DNA of 32,000 nucleotides, taken from contig NZ_JAGQFT020000013.1 in the NCBI RefSeq assembly GCF_018122625.2, forward strand, positions 66,376 to 98,375, read 5' to 3'. A program made the position numbers and the translations under genes. This DNA comes from Coralloluteibacterium stylophorae. Its GTDB lineage: Bacteria; Pseudomonadota; Gammaproteobacteria; Xanthomonadales; Xanthomonadaceae. The notes under the pieces were generated by a model that worked only from the letters and a program-made list of their open reading frames with translations, did no database searches and had not been told where the DNA came from. Position 1 is the first letter of the stretch. Each line of letters opens with the position of its first letter. This document shows, one piece after another, positions 1 to 9,519 of this stretch.

Positions 1-1
1 C

Positions 2-979
2 GGCCCGGAAATCATGGACGCCACCCTGCACGTGCTCGACGCGATGCAGCTGGGCCTGAGCTACGAGGACGTCGACGCCGGCATGGTCGCGCTGGAGAAG
101 CACGGCGACCTGCTGCCGAAGGCGTCGCTGGAGACGATCGCCAGGTACAAGGTCGCGCTGAAGAGCCCGCTCACCACGCCGGTCGGCGAAGGCTTCTCGT
201 CGATCAACGTGGCGCTGCGCCGGCACTTCGACCTCTACGCCAACGTGCGCCCGGCCAAGAGCTTCCCGAACACCAAGTCGCGCTTCGGCGAGGGCGTCGA
301 CCTGATCACCGTGCGCGAGAACACCGAAGGCGCCTACATCGGCGAAGGCCAGATGGTGTCCGAGGACGGCCAGATCGCGACCCTGACCCAGAAGATCACC
401 CGCAAGGGCTCGGAGCGCATCGTGCGCTACGCCTTCGAGCTGGCGCGCCAGACCGGCCGCAAGAAGGTCACGGTGGTGCACAAGGCCAACATCCTGAAGT
501 CGACCTCCGGCCTGTTCCTGAAGGTCGCGCGCGAGGTCGCGCAGGAGTACACCGACATCCAGTGCAACGAGATGATCGTGGACAACACCTGCATGCAGCT
601 GGTGATGCGTCCGGAGCAGTTCGACATCATCGTGACCACTAACCTGTTCGGCGACATCATCTCCGACCTCTGCGCCGGCCTGGTCGGCGGCCTGGGGCTC
701 GCGCCGGGCGCCAACATCGGCAAGGACGCGGCGATCTTCGAGGCCGTGCACGGCTCGGCGCCGGACATCGCCGGCAAGGGCATCGCCAATCCCTGCGCGC
801 TGTTGCTGGCCGCCGCGCAGATGCTCGACCACATTGGCAAGGCCGACGCCGCCACCCGCCTGCGCGAGGCCATCGTCGCCACGCTCGAGGCCAAGGACCC
901 GGCGCTGACCCCGGACCTCGGCGGCAGCGGCACCACGATGAGCTTCGCGGAGGCGATCGCGAAGCGCGTCGCCGGCTGA
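2..979 (+). CDS. NAD-dependent isocitrate dehydrogenase (isocitrate/isopropylmalate dehydrogenase family); 5' end cut by window edge
   Basis: The frame is open from nt 2 (GPEI precedes the first Met at 14), so the N-terminus lies outside the window. Family motifs are present: LYANVRP, TVRENTEGAY, NLFGDIISDLCAGLVGGLGLAPGANIG, HGSAPDIAGKGIANP. The protein is collinear with ~335-aa IDH3-type NAD-IDH. Stop TGA at 977-979. Confidence 0.9.
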   Translation, partial: GPEIMDATLHVLDAMQLGLSYEDVDAGMVALEKHGDLLPKASLETIARYKVALKSPLTTPVGEGFSSINVALRRHFDLYANVRPAKSFPNTKSRFGEGVDLITVRENTEGAYIGEGQMVSEDGQIATLTQKITRKGSERIVRYAFELARQTGRKKVTVVHKANILKSTSGLFLKVAREVAQEYTDIQCNEMIVDNTCMQLVMRPEQFDIIVTTNLFGDIISDLCAGLVGGLGLAPGANIGKDAAIFEAVHGSAPDIAGKGIANPCALLLAAAQMLDHIGKADAATRLREAIVATLEAKDPALTPDLGGSGTTMSFAEAIAKRVAG

Positions 980-999
980 CGCGAGCTGCGATGGCGTCT

Positions 1000-1031
1000 C
1001 GACGAACGGGGCCGCGAGGCCCCGTTCGTCG
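1000..1031 (+). terminator. GC-rich hairpin downstream of the IDH gene (putative terminator)
   Basis: Perfect 14-bp inverted repeat CGACGAACGGGGCC / GGCCCCGTTCGTCG around a GCGA loop, about 20 nt after the stop. Only TT follows, so the U-tract is weak. Confidence 0.5.
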
Positions 1032-1109
1032 TTCCGGGATCCGCGCTTGACGCGCCCTTGCGCGGGCGGCGCGGAGGATCGTGCGCCCTGGAACGACGAG
1101 GACGCGGCG

Positions 1110-2096
1110 ATGTTCGAGGCGGAGGCGGAACGGGGACCGGTGGTGGTCGTCACCGGCGCGGCCAGCGGCATCGGCCGCGCCACGGCGCTGCGCTTCGCCG
1201 AGGACAACGCGCAGCTGGTACTGGCCTCGCGCGACGTCGCCGCGCTGGAGCGGCTGGTGGCCGAATGCGAGTCCTGCGGCGCCCGCGCGATCGCCGTCCG
1301 CTGCGACGTCACTTCCGATGCCGATGTCCTGGCGCTGGTGGAGGCCGCATGCGAGTTCGGCGACGGGATCGACGCATGGGTCAACAACGCCGGCGTCGGT
1401 GTCGTGGGCGAGTTCGACACCGTGCCGTTCGAGGCGCACCGGCGCGTGATCGAGACCGATCTGGTCGCCTACGCGCGCGGCGCGCATGCGGTGCTGCCGG
1501 TGTTCCGCGCGCAGGGACAGGGCCTGCTGGTCAACGTCCTGTCGCTGGGTAGCTGGGTGCCGCAGCCGCTGGCGGCGTCCTACAGCGCGGCCAAGTTCGG
1601 CCTGCGCGGGCTCAGCGCCGCGCTCCGGGGCGAACTCGGGCGCGACCGCGACATCCACGTCTGCGACGTCTATCCGGCCTTCGTCGACACCCCGGCGTTC
1701 GGCTACGGCGGCAACTACAGTGGCCACGAGGTGCGGCCACCGTCGCCGGCCTACGACCCGCGACGCGTGGCGCAGGCGATCGTGCGGCTGACCCGGCGGC
1801 CCCGCGCCACCACCGTGGTCGGCGGCGTCGCCCCTCTTGCGCGGGCGGCCTATGCGCTGGTCCCGCGCTTCGAGGTCCTCTCGGCGGCGCTGACGCGCCG
1901 GGCGCTCGCGCGGATGCCGGAGGCGCCGCCGTCGCCGGGCAACCTGTTCGAGAGCGTGGGTGGGCGCCGTCGCGTCGACGGCGGCTACCGGACGCCGGTG
2001 CCGGCGGCGGTCCGGACGGCCGGCATCGGCGCAGGGCTCGCTGCGGTCGCCGGGCTGGCGTGGCTCGGCTACCGGGCGATGGCGACGCGGCGCTGA
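1110..2096 (+). CDS. SDR family oxidoreductase with a C-terminal hydrophobic tail
   Basis: Motifs: cofactor-binding VTGAASGIGRA, NNAG, catalytic YSAAK. A GAGGA Shine-Dalgarno sits 7 nt upstream of ATG 1110. The TTG at 1047 in the ORF track only adds 21 unconserved residues. A ~90-aa C-terminal extension ends in GIGAGLAAVAGLAWLGY. Confidence 0.85.
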   Translation: MFEAEAERGPVVVVTGAASGIGRATALRFAEDNAQLVLASRDVAALERLVAECESCGARAIAVRCDVTSDADVLALVEAACEFGDGIDAWVNNAGVGVVGEFDTVPFEAHRRVIETDLVAYARGAHAVLPVFRAQGQGLLVNVLSLGSWVPQPLAASYSAAKFGLRGLSAALRGELGRDRDIHVCDVYPAFVDTPAFGYGGNYSGHEVRPPSPAYDPRRVAQAIVRLTRRPRATTVVGGVAPLARAAYALVPRFEVLSAALTRRALARMPEAPPSPGNLFESVGGRRRVDGGYRTPVPAAVRTAGIGAGLAAVAGLAWLGYRAMATRR

Positions 2097-2125
2097 GCGT
2101 CCGGTTCCCGCTCCGCACAACGAAA

Positions 2126-2145
2126 ACGGGCCCCGCAGGGCCCGT
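2126..2145 (-). terminator. Rho-independent terminator for the YccA/BI-1 gene
   Basis: 8-bp stem ACGGGCCC / GGGCCCGT with loop CGCA. Read on the minus strand it is followed by TTTTCGTT, and it lies 33 nt after the minus-strand stop at 2178. Confidence 0.65.
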
Positions 2146-2177
2146 CGTCGCCGCCGGAGCGCCCCGTGGAGCCCCCC

Positions 2178-2927
2178 CTACTCGCGGCTCTTGGCCAGCA
2201 GGCGCAGCAGTTCGAGGTAGAGCCAGACCAGGGTCACCAGCAGGCTGAAGGCGCCGTACCACTCCATGTACTTGGGCGCGCCGGCCTCGACGCCGCGTTC
2301 GATGGTGTCGAAGTCCAGCACCAGGTTCAGCGCCGCGATCACCACCACGACCAGGCTGAACCCGATGCCGATCGCGCCGCCCTCGTGGATGAAGGGAATG
2401 CCGCTGCCGAAGAAGTGCATCACGATGTTCACCAGGTACAGCAGGGCGATGCCGCCGGTGGCGGCGACCACGCCCATGCGGAACTTCTCGGTCGCGCGGA
2501 TCACGCCGGTGCGGTAGGCGATCAGCATCGCGGCGAGCACGCCGAAGGTCAGCCCCACGGCCTGCAGCACGATGCCCGGGAACTGCGCCTCGAACATGGC
2601 CGAGAGGCCGCCGATGAAGAGGCCTTCCAGTGCCGCATACAGCGGCGCGGTATAGGCGGCGATGTTCTTCTTGAAGATCGTCACCAGGGCGACGACGAAG
2701 CCGCCGATCGCGCCGCCGACGACGAAGGGCATCACCGCCGAGGGGTCGCCGTCCGCGGCGAAGAAGCGGCTCCAGGTGAACATCGCGGTGACCAGGCTGA
2801 TGATCAGCAGCAGCGCGGTCCGGTTCACCGTGCCGTTGACGGTCATCGCGCCGCCGCGGTCGACCACGGCGCCGGAGCCGATGTCGAGGAAGGTCTTGTC
2901 GTTGAGGGCCGGGTTGCCGCTGCGCAT
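2178..2927 (-). CDS. Bax inhibitor-1/YccA (TMBIM) family membrane protein
   Basis: 249 aa with a multi-TM hydrophobic profile. The N-terminus (MRSGNPALN...) and the charged C-terminal tail (LLRLLAKSRE) are typical of YccA/BI-1. An AGGAGA SD lies 8-13 nt upstream of the ATG. Confidence 0.85.
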   Translation of the reverse strand: MRSGNPALNDKTFLDIGSGAVVDRGGAMTVNGTVNRTALLLIISLVTAMFTWSRFFAADGDPSAVMPFVVGGAIGGFVVALVTIFKKNIAAYTAPLYAALEGLFIGGLSAMFEAQFPGIVLQAVGLTFGVLAAMLIAYRTGVIRATEKFRMGVVAATGGIALLYLVNIVMHFFGSGIPFIHEGGAIGIGFSLVVVVIAALNLVLDFDTIERGVEAGAPKYMEWYGAFSLLVTLVWLYLELLRLLAKSRE

Positions 2928-3031
2928 GCTGCTGGTCTCCTGGTCGATGTACGCCGGCCGCGTCCGCGCGGCCGAATGGGCCCGAGAATACCGGAGTTGC
3001 GGTGAGCCGCGCGTCGCGCGGCGCGCGCGGT

Positions 3032-3834
<803 letters not shown>

Positions 3835-3838
<4 letters not shown>

Positions 3839-4515
3839 GGCGGGAGCGAGGTCTGGCCGCGGCGCTGCAGATCGTAGGCGACGTAGGCGATCCCGGTCGC
3901 GCCCACGAGCAGCGCGGGCAGCAGCAGCGTGCGGTAGCCGAGGTGGGGAAACAGCAGGGCTCCCGCGATCCCGCCGCCGAGGAATCCTGCGATCACCAGC
4001 ACGCACAGCGCCGCGCGGCGGGCGTCGGCCGGAATGCCGCGCAGGCGGTTGCCGAGGTGCACGCCGAGGTCGGTGAACATCCCGGTCAGGTGGGTCGTTC
4101 TCAGCAGCGCGCCGCTGTAGGTGGTGGTCAGGCCGTTCTGCAGCCCGCAGGCGGCCGCTGCGAGCAGGGCGCCGGCGAGGTTGCCGCGCTCGAACAGCGG
4201 CACCGCCGAGGTCAGGAGGACCGCTTCCAGTGCGAGCGCGGCTCCGTACGGACGCCCGAGTTCGAGCGCGCGGCCGCGGATCAGCAGTCCGGAGGCGAAG
4301 GCGCCGGCGACGAAGGCCGACATCACCGCCATGAGTTGCGCGGCCGGCCCCAGCGCGCCTCGGGCGAGCGCGGTGCCGAGCTGGCTGGTGGTTCCGGACA
4401 GGTGCGAGAGCGCCTGGTGCTCGAAGCCGATGTAGCCGACCACGTTGACCATTCCCGCGACGAAGGCCAGCGTGCCCGCACCGGTCCATACCCAGGCCGG
4501 CAGCCGCGAGATCAC
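3835..4515 (-). CDS. DUF1275/YoaK family integral membrane protein
   Basis: Several hydrophobic segments plus a repeated HL(S/T)G motif ([22 protein letters not shown]) typical of the family. I prefer the GTG at 4515 ([12 protein letters not shown]...), because ATG 4596 would overlap the PhoH2 gene by 47 nt and adds an unconserved basic leader. Stop TGA at 3837-3835. Confidence 0.75.
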
Positions 4516-4549
4516 CGCCCCGTCGTCCCGGCCCGTGTGCCGCTGGCCA

Positions 4550-5959
4550 CTAGAGCATTTCCGAGGCGAAGTCGGCCAGGCGCGAGCGCTCGCCACGGCG
4601 CAGGGTGACGTGCGCGCTGTGCGGCCAGTTCTTGAAGCGGTCGACGACGTAGGTGAGGCCCGAGGTGGTCTCGGTGAGGTAGGGCGTGTCGATCTGCTCG
4701 AGGTTGCCCAGGCACACGATCTTGGTGCCGGGGCCGGCGCGCGTGACCAGGGTCTTCATCTGCTTCGAGGTCAGGTTCTGCGCCTCGTCGATGATCAGGT
4801 AGCGGTTGAGGAAGGTGCGCCCGCGCATGAAGTTCATCGCGCGGATCTTGATGCGGCTGGCGAGCAGGTCGTTGGTGGCCTGGCGTCCCCAGCTGCCGCC
4901 TTCCTGGGTCTGGGTCAGCACCTCGAGGTTGTCGGTCAGCGCGCCCATCCAGGGCGTCATCTTCTCCTCCTCGGTGCCGGGCAGGAAACCGATCTCCTCG
5001 CCGACGCTGACCGTGGCGCGGGTCATGATGATCTCGCGGTAGCGCTGCGCGTCGAGCGTCTGCGCCAGGCCCGCCGCCAGCGCCAGCAGGGTCTTGCCGG
5101 TGCCGGCGGTGCCGAGCAGGGTGACGAAGTCGATCTCGGGATCCATCAGCGCGTTCAGCGCGAAGTTCTGCTCGCGGTTGCGCGCGATCACGCCCCACAC
5201 CGCGTGCTGGTTGTGGCGGAAGTCGTCGACCACCTGCAGCACCGTGCGCCGGCCCTCGACCCGCGCAACGCGCAGTTCGGTGGCGTCGTCGCCGGGCAGG
5301 TAGAGGAACTGCTGTGGATACCAGGCCGTGTCGTTGTCGTCGACCTCCGGGCGGGTCACCTCGTAGAAGGTCCGGCCCTTCTCGGTCCAGGACTTCAGCG
5401 TGTCGCCGTGGCGCTGCCAGAAGTCCTCCGGCAGCGCCTCGGCGCCGGTGAACAGCAGGCTGAAGTCGTCGAGCGCGCGGTCGTTTTCGTAGTCCTCGGC
5501 GACGAGGCCGGCGATCGCGGCCTTGATCCGCATGTTGATGTCCTTGGACACCAGCACGACATCCTCGCCGGGACGGTCCTCGATGAGCGCCAGCACCGAG
5601 GCGATGATGCGGTTGTCGGGAACGGTGTCGCCGAAGCTGCGCTCCGGGTCGACGACCTGGGTCTGGAAGCGCAGGCGGCCGGCGGATTCCGGCGTGCGCA
5701 GCTGGATCCCGTCAGGCCGCGACAGCGCCACGCCGTCGCCGATCCGGGCCGCCTCGTGGCCCTCGAGCAGGCCGTTGATGAAGCGGCTGACCTGGCGCGC
5801 GTTGCGCGACACCTCCGAGGTGCCCTTCTTGGCGTTGTCGAGCTCCTCGAGCACCGTCATCGGCAGGAACACGTCGTGTTCCTCGAAGCGGAACAGCGCG
5901 GTCGGGTCGTGCATCAGCACGTTGGTGTCGAGCACGTAGGTGCGCTTGCTGCGGGTCAT
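4550..5959 (-). CDS. PIN-domain/PhoH-domain ATPase (PhoH2/YlaK type)
   Basis: N-terminal PIN domain (YVLDTNVLMHDP...VLEELD). C-terminal PhoH ATPase with Walker A LLGTAGTGKTLLALAAG and Walker B YLIIDEAQNL. An AGGA SD lies 6-9 nt upstream of the ATG. Confidence 0.92.
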   Translation of the reverse strand: MTRSKRTYVLDTNVLMHDPTALFRFEEHDVFLPMTVLEELDNAKKGTSEVSRNARQVSRFINGLLEGHEAARIGDGVALSRPDGIQLRTPESAGRLRFQTQVVDPERSFGDTVPDNRIIASVLALIEDRPGEDVVLVSKDINMRIKAAIAGLVAEDYENDRALDDFSLLFTGAEALPEDFWQRHGDTLKSWTEKGRTFYEVTRPEVDDNDTAWYPQQFLYLPGDDATELRVARVEGRRTVLQVVDDFRHNQHAVWGVIARNREQNFALNALMDPEIDFVTLLGTAGTGKTLLALAAGLAQTLDAQRYREIIMTRATVSVGEEIGFLPGTEEEKMTPWMGALTDNLEVLTQTQEGGSWGRQATNDLLASRIKIRAMNFMRGRTFLNRYLIIDEAQNLTSKQMKTLVTRAGPGTKIVCLGNLEQIDTPYLTETTSGLTYVVDRFKNWPHSAHVTLRRGERSRLADFASEML

Positions 5960-6086
5960 CGGCGTCCTCGCGACTGCGGGCAGTACGGCAGGGCCGCGGC
6001 GCCGCGGGCGGCACCACGGAGACGGAAACCAGTGGCAACGGACGCGGCGCGCGACGCCGCGGATACGGGGCGGCGGGCCGCTGCGG

Positions 6087-6551
6087 TCACCGTGCCCCGT
6101 CGAGGGCGGCGAGCACCGCGTCGGCGTGCCCGGCGACCTTGACCTTGCGCCAGGCCTGCACGATGCGGCCGTCGGGGCCGATCAGGAAGGTGCTGCGTTC
6201 GATGCCGAGCACCTTGCGGCCGTACATGTTCTTCTCGCGGATCACGTCGAACGCGCGGCACAGGGTCTCGTCGGGATCGGAGGCGAGGTCGAAGCGGTAG
6301 CCCTGCTTCTCGGCGAAGCGCGCATGCGAGGCGACCGAGTCGCGCGACACGCCGAGGATGGCGGCATTGCGCTCGTGAAAGGCGTCGAGGCGCGCGTTGA
6401 AGTCGCCGCCCTCGGTGGTGCAGCCGGGCGTCGAATCCTTCGGATAGAAGTAGAGCACCAGCCAGCGCCCGCGCCAGTCGCCCAGGCGCGCGTCGCTGCC
6501 GTTGCCGAGCGTGGTCGCGAGGTCTGCGGGGACGGTATCGCCGATGTCCAT
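6087..6551 (-). CDS. bcp: Peroxiredoxin, bacterioferritin comigratory protein (BCP/PrxQ) type
   Basis: YFYPKDSTPGCTTE carries the peroxidatic Cys. There is no second Cys five residues downstream, so this is a 1-Cys/atypical subtype. The start is only 3 nt after the gcvR stop. Confidence 0.92.
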   Translation of the reverse strand: MDIGDTVPADLATTLGNGSDARLGDWRGRWLVLYFYPKDSTPGCTTEGGDFNARLDAFHERNAAILGVSRDSVASHARFAEKQGYRFDLASDPDETLCRAFDVIREKNMYGRKVLGIERSTFLIGPDGRIVQAWRKVKVAGHADAVLAALDGAR

Positions 6552-6554
6552 CGT

Positions 6555-7136
6555 TCAGAACTTCATCGGGTCCATGATGGCGTCGAGGTTCAGGTGGTCG
6601 CAGAACTCGAGGAAGTCGTCGCGCAGCGCGGCGATGTGCATGTTCGACGGAATGCCGATGGTCACCTGCGCGGAGAACATGTCCGCGCCGGTCTGCATCG
6701 CGCGGTAGCGCGAGGACTGCAGGTTCTCGATGGTGATGCCCTGGCGGTCGAAGAAGTCGGCGAGCTGGAACAGGATGCCCGGCTTGTCGGCCGCCACCAC
6801 CTCGACGATGTAGGGCAGCAGGTTGGACTGCAGCGCCTTCGGTCCGGTGCGGTACCACGACAGCTTGAGGTCTTCCTCGCGTTCGAGGCGGGCGAGCATG
6901 GCCTCGAGCTTCGCCACCGCATCCCAGGCGCCGACCGCCAGCGCGGTCACCGAGACGTCGCGGCCGACGGTCGACAGACGCGCGTCGGCCATGTTGCAGC
7001 CGCTGTCGGCGATGCGGCGGGTGACGGCGAGAAGCGGCGAATGCGGGTGCGTCGCGTAGGCGCTGATCAGGAGATGGTTTTCTTGCGGAGCGGGGCGGGG
7101 CGTCTGGTCGCTCAAGGCGGGGTCCGGGTACGGCAT
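6555..7136 (-). CDS. gcvR: Glycine cleavage system transcriptional repressor GcvR (tandem ACT domains)
   Basis: Two ACT-like repeats: LLISAYATHPHSPLLAVTRRIADSGCNMADARL and YIVEVVAADKPGILFQLADFFDRQGITIENL. The gcvR-bcp pair is divergent from dapA, as in E. coli. ATG 7136 is taken as the start. The rest of the 254-aa ORF is Arg-rich and runs into the dapA promoter region. A TTG start 8 codons downstream is also possible. Confidence 0.8.
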   Translation of the reverse strand: MPYPDPALSDQTPRPAPQENHLLISAYATHPHSPLLAVTRRIADSGCNMADARLSTVGRDVSVTALAVGAWDAVAKLEAMLARLEREEDLKLSWYRTGPKALQSNLLPYIVEVVAADKPGILFQLADFFDRQGITIENLQSSRYRAMQTGADMFSAQVTIGIPSNMHIAALRDDFLEFCDHLNLDAIMDPMKF

Positions 7137-7213
7137 GCTGACGAATCGCGCGCCGCCGCCGCGGCTGCGGCGCAGCATGGATGCGGCAGCGCGAAGGCTG
7201 GCTGGCAGCATAC

Positions 7214-7243
7214 TTGCCGCGCGTTTCCGGCCGCAAGTAACAT
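7214..7243 (+). promoter_or_regulatory. Candidate sigma70-type promoter for dapA
   Basis: TTGCCG (7214-7219), 18-nt spacer, TAACAT (7238-7243). It overlaps an imperfect inverted repeat TACTTGC...GCAAGTA (7211-7239). This is a pattern match only. Confidence 0.25.
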
Positions 7244-7333
7244 CCCGCCGCTTCGCGGCCGGCGACGGCCCCGCCCGCGCGGCGCCCGTGGCGGCGCGGC
7301 GCCGGTCAACCATCCGCACCTGGACATCAGATC

Positions 7334-8218
7334 TTGCGACTCACTGGCAGCATCACCGCCCTGGCGACGCCCTTCGACGCCGCCGGCGCACTCGACCTCG
7401 ACGCCTGGAAGCGCCTGATCGCAGAGCAGCTCGAAGCAGGGACCCAGGCCGTGGTCGTCGCCGGCTCCACCGGCGAGGCCGCGACGCTCGACGACGCCGA
7501 ATACTCCACCTTGCTCGAGTGCGCCGTGGCGCAGTGCCGTGGCCGCGTTCCGGTGCTGGCCGGTACCGGCCTGTCCGGCACCGCCAGGACGGTCGCACTG
7601 ACGCGCCGCGTGGCGCAGGCGGGGGTCGACGCCGCGCTGGTGGTGACGCCGCCGTACGTGCGGCCGACCCAGGCCGGTCTCCGTGCGCATTTCGAGAAGG
7701 TCGCCGAGGAAGGCGGGCTGCCGGTCGTGCTCTACAACGTCCCGCCGCGCACTGGCGTGGACCTGCTGCCCGACACCGTCGCGCGGCTGGCCGCGCACGC
7801 CAACATCGTCGCGATCAAGGAGGCGCGCGCGGAGCCGGAGCGCATGCAGGCGCTGCTGGCGCTGCGTGGCGATGGCTTCAGCGTGCTCAGCGGCGACGAT
7901 CCCACCGCCACCCGCGCGATGCTCGCCGGAGCCGACGGGGTGATCTCGGTGGCCTCGAACGTGGTCCCGCGCAGCTTCCGGCGCCTGTGCGACCTGGCGC
8001 GTGCGGGCGACGCGGATTCAGCCGCTGCTCTGGATGCGCGCCTGCAGCCGCTGTACCGTTTCCTCTCCGTCGAGCCGAACCCGATCCCGGTCAAGGCGCT
8101 GCTCGCGCGCGCCGGCGTCGGCCATGGCCTGCGGCTTCCCCTCACCGAACTGGCGGTGGCGCACGCGGACGACGCGGACGACATCGCCCATCGCGTGCGC
8201 GCGCTCGAATCGGAATGA
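7334..8218 (+). CDS. dapA: 4-hydroxy-tetrahydrodipicolinate synthase
   Basis: TTG start gives the canonical N-terminus (M)[13 protein letters not shown]. Other motifs: [15 protein letters not shown], and the Schiff-base lysine context IVAIKEA. Confidence 0.93.
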   Translation: MRLTGSITALATPFDAAGALDLDAWKRLIAEQLEAGTQAVVVAGSTGEAATLDDAEYSTLLECAVAQCRGRVPVLAGTGLSGTARTVALTRRVAQAGVDAALVVTPPYVRPTQAGLRAHFEKVAEEGGLPVVLYNVPPRTGVDLLPDTVARLAAHANIVAIKEARAEPERMQALLALRGDGFSVLSGDDPTATRAMLAGADGVISVASNVVPRSFRRLCDLARAGDADSAAALDARLQPLYRFLSVEPNPIPVKALLARAGVGHGLRLPLTELAVAHADDADDIAHRVRALESE

Positions 8219-8259
8219 GCCCGCACCCGATCCACCGTTCCCATTCCGGAGATTCGAGC

Positions 8260-8760
8260 ATGTCCCATTCCCAGATGCGTACGCGCCTGGCCTTCGCAGT
8301 CCTGGCAGCGGCCATCGTTGCGACGTCCGGATGCAGCTGGTTCCGCGAGAACGATGCCGCCTACAAGCGCGCCAAGGCGAACGCGCCGCTGGAGCTGCCG
8401 CCCGAGCTCGACCGCCCGTCCGCGGACCCCGCCATGCAGATCCCGTCGGTGGGCACCAGCGCCACCGCCTCGGGCACGCAGCGCAGCGCCGCGGCGGGCG
8501 CCTCGTTCACCGCGACCGGCGACGTCGCCGAGGTGTGGGAGCGGATCGGCAGCGAGCTCGACGGCATGGCGGGCGTGGAAGTGCTCAACCGCGCGCAGCT
8601 GCTGGGCACCTACGAGGTGCGCTACCAGGAGCAGACCTTCCTGATCCGTACGCAGTCGCAGGCCGGCGGCGTGCTGGTGAGCGCGCTCGGCGCCGACGGC
8701 CGCGCGCTGGGTTCCGGCCCGGCGGCCACGCTGCTGGGCGAGCTCGACGAGCGGATCTGA
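8260..8760 (+). CDS. Lipoprotein, short BamC/NlpB-like (single helix-grip domain)
   Basis: Signal peptide plus lipobox (AAIVATSG|C). It lies immediately downstream of dapA, like E. coli bamC. The post-Cys segment (YKRAK...LELPPELD) and one alpha/beta domain (VWERIGSELDGMAGVEVLN...YEVRY...FLIRTQ) resemble the BamC N-terminal part. At 166 aa it is about half the size of E. coli BamC. Confidence 0.6.
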   Translation: MSHSQMRTRLAFAVLAAAIVATSGCSWFRENDAAYKRAKANAPLELPPELDRPSADPAMQIPSVGTSATASGTQRSAAAGASFTATGDVAEVWERIGSELDGMAGVEVLNRAQLLGTYEVRYQEQTFLIRTQSQAGGVLVSALGADGRALGSGPAATLLGELDERI

Positions 8761-8795
8761 CGTTCCCGCCTCTCGCGACGCCACGAAAAGGAAAA

Positions 8796-8818
8796 GGCGG
8801 CCTCAGGGCCGCCTTTTT
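8796..8818. terminator. Bidirectional rho-independent terminator (lipoprotein gene / fdxA)
   Basis: Stem GGCGGCC (8796-8802) / GGCCGCC (8807-8813) with loop TCAG. AAAA lies on the left and TTTTT on the right, so a U-run follows the hairpin on either strand. It sits between convergent genes. Confidence 0.8.
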
Positions 8819-8838
8819 CGTGCGCGTCGTCGCGATGC

Positions 8839-9162
8839 TCAGCGTTCGAGATGATCGAGCTTGCCCGGCTTGCCGTCCCACTCCTCGGCGTCCGGCAACG
8901 GATCCTTGCGCGTGGTGATCACCGGCCAGGCCGCGGAAAGTTCCGCGTTGAGCGCGACGAAGGCCTCCTGGCCGGCGGGCACGTCGTCCTCGGGGAAGAT
9001 CGCGTTGGCGGGGCACTCCGGCTCGCACAGGGTGCAGTCGATGCATTCGTCGGGATCGATCACCAGGAAGTTCGGGCCTTCGTGGAAGCAGTCCACCGGG
9101 CAGACCTCGACGCAGTCGGTGTACTTGCACTTGATGCAGTTTTCGGTGACGACGAACGGCAT
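8839..9162 (-). CDS. fdxA: 7Fe ferredoxin (Azotobacter FdI type)
   Basis: 107 aa, starting [26 protein letters not shown], with a second cluster motif [12 protein letters not shown]. The upstream 32 codons of the 139-aa ORF are not ferredoxin-like. A GAGAG SD precedes ATG 9162. Confidence 0.93.
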   Translation of the reverse strand: MPFVVTENCIKCKYTDCVEVCPVDCFHEGPNFLVIDPDECIDCTLCEPECPANAIFPEDDVPAGQEAFVALNAELSAAWPVITTRKDPLPDAEEWDGKPGKLDHLER

Positions 9163-9243
9163 GACGACTCTCGCGACGGAACCTGCGGATTGTAGCGCGC
9201 GCTCCCGCATGCCGGCCCGGATCCGGCGGTGCATCGGGCAACG

Positions 9244-9270
9244 AAAAGGCCCGGACATGCCGGGCCTTTT
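9244..9270 (-). terminator. Rho-independent terminator downstream of tRNA-Glu
   Basis: AAAA-GGCCCGG-ACATG-CCGGGCC-TTTT. On the minus strand the hairpin is followed by TTTTCGT. It lies about 40 nt after the tRNA 3' end. Confidence 0.75.
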
Positions 9271-9307
9271 CGAGGGCGGAGGACCGATGTCGATCCGCCG
9301 CGTGATG

Positions 9308-9383
9308 TGGCGCTCCCTACGAGGTTCGAACTCGTGTTCCCGCCTTGAGAGGGCGATGTCCTAGACCGCTAGACGAAGGGAGC
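9308..9383 (-). tRNA. tRNA-Glu (anticodon CUC)
   Basis: The reverse complement folds by hand into a cloverleaf: acceptor GCTCCCT/AGGGAGC, D-arm GTCT..GGAC, anticodon stem TCGCC/GGCGG with loop CTCTCAA (anticodon CTC), T-arm ACGAG-TTCGAAC-CTCGT, discriminator G, encoded CCA. 76 nt. It closely parallels E. coli tRNA-Glu. Confidence 0.9.
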
Positions 9384-9412
9384 AGGGTTGGTTCGCGTTC
9401 AGCGAAGCCGCT

Positions 9413-9441
9413 AGTATAGACACCCTCGGAGTCGGTGGCAA
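9413..9441 (-). promoter_or_regulatory. Candidate sigma70 promoter for tRNA-Glu
   Basis: Minus strand reads TTGCCA (9441-9436), 17-nt spacer, TATACT (9418-9413). This leaves a ~23-nt leader before the mature 5' end. Confidence 0.5.
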
Positions 9442-9519
9442 CGGTTTCATCGCTCTTCGCAGCGGACGGCTGCAGGCCTCGCGTCGCACCGTCCCGGTTT
9501 CCTCCTTCCAGCCTGTCGA

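Noticed and set aside
3839-6086. TPP riboswitch or other leader controlling thiD, and a small phoAT-like antitoxin ORF upstream of PhoH2
   Set aside because: I found no TPP core motifs on the minus strand upstream of thiD, DUF1275 or PhoH2; there is no non-coding room before thiD or DUF1275. The 127-bp gap upstream of PhoH2 contains only GC palindromes (for example CCGCGGCGCCGCGG) and an AGGA SD, with no small ORF overlapping the PhoH2 start.
4445-8784. Shadow ORFs 4445-6142 (565 aa), 5940-7418 (492 aa), 5956-7236, 7112-7798, 7732-8784, and the first ~375 codons of 7135-8760
   Set aside because: These have the same Arg/Ala/Gly-rich composition. They overlap the PhoH2, bcp, gcvR and dapA genes on the opposite strand or in another frame. 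Only the last 166 codons of 7135-8760 (the lipoprotein) show a signal peptide and globular sequence.
9163-9519. tRNA-Glu as a possible integration site or edge of a genomic island
   Set aside because: The flanks are core genes (fdxA on one side, pcnB-folK-pan on the other). There is no integrase, no direct repeat of the tRNA 3' end, and no compositional shift. The tRNA has its own promoter-like element and terminator.
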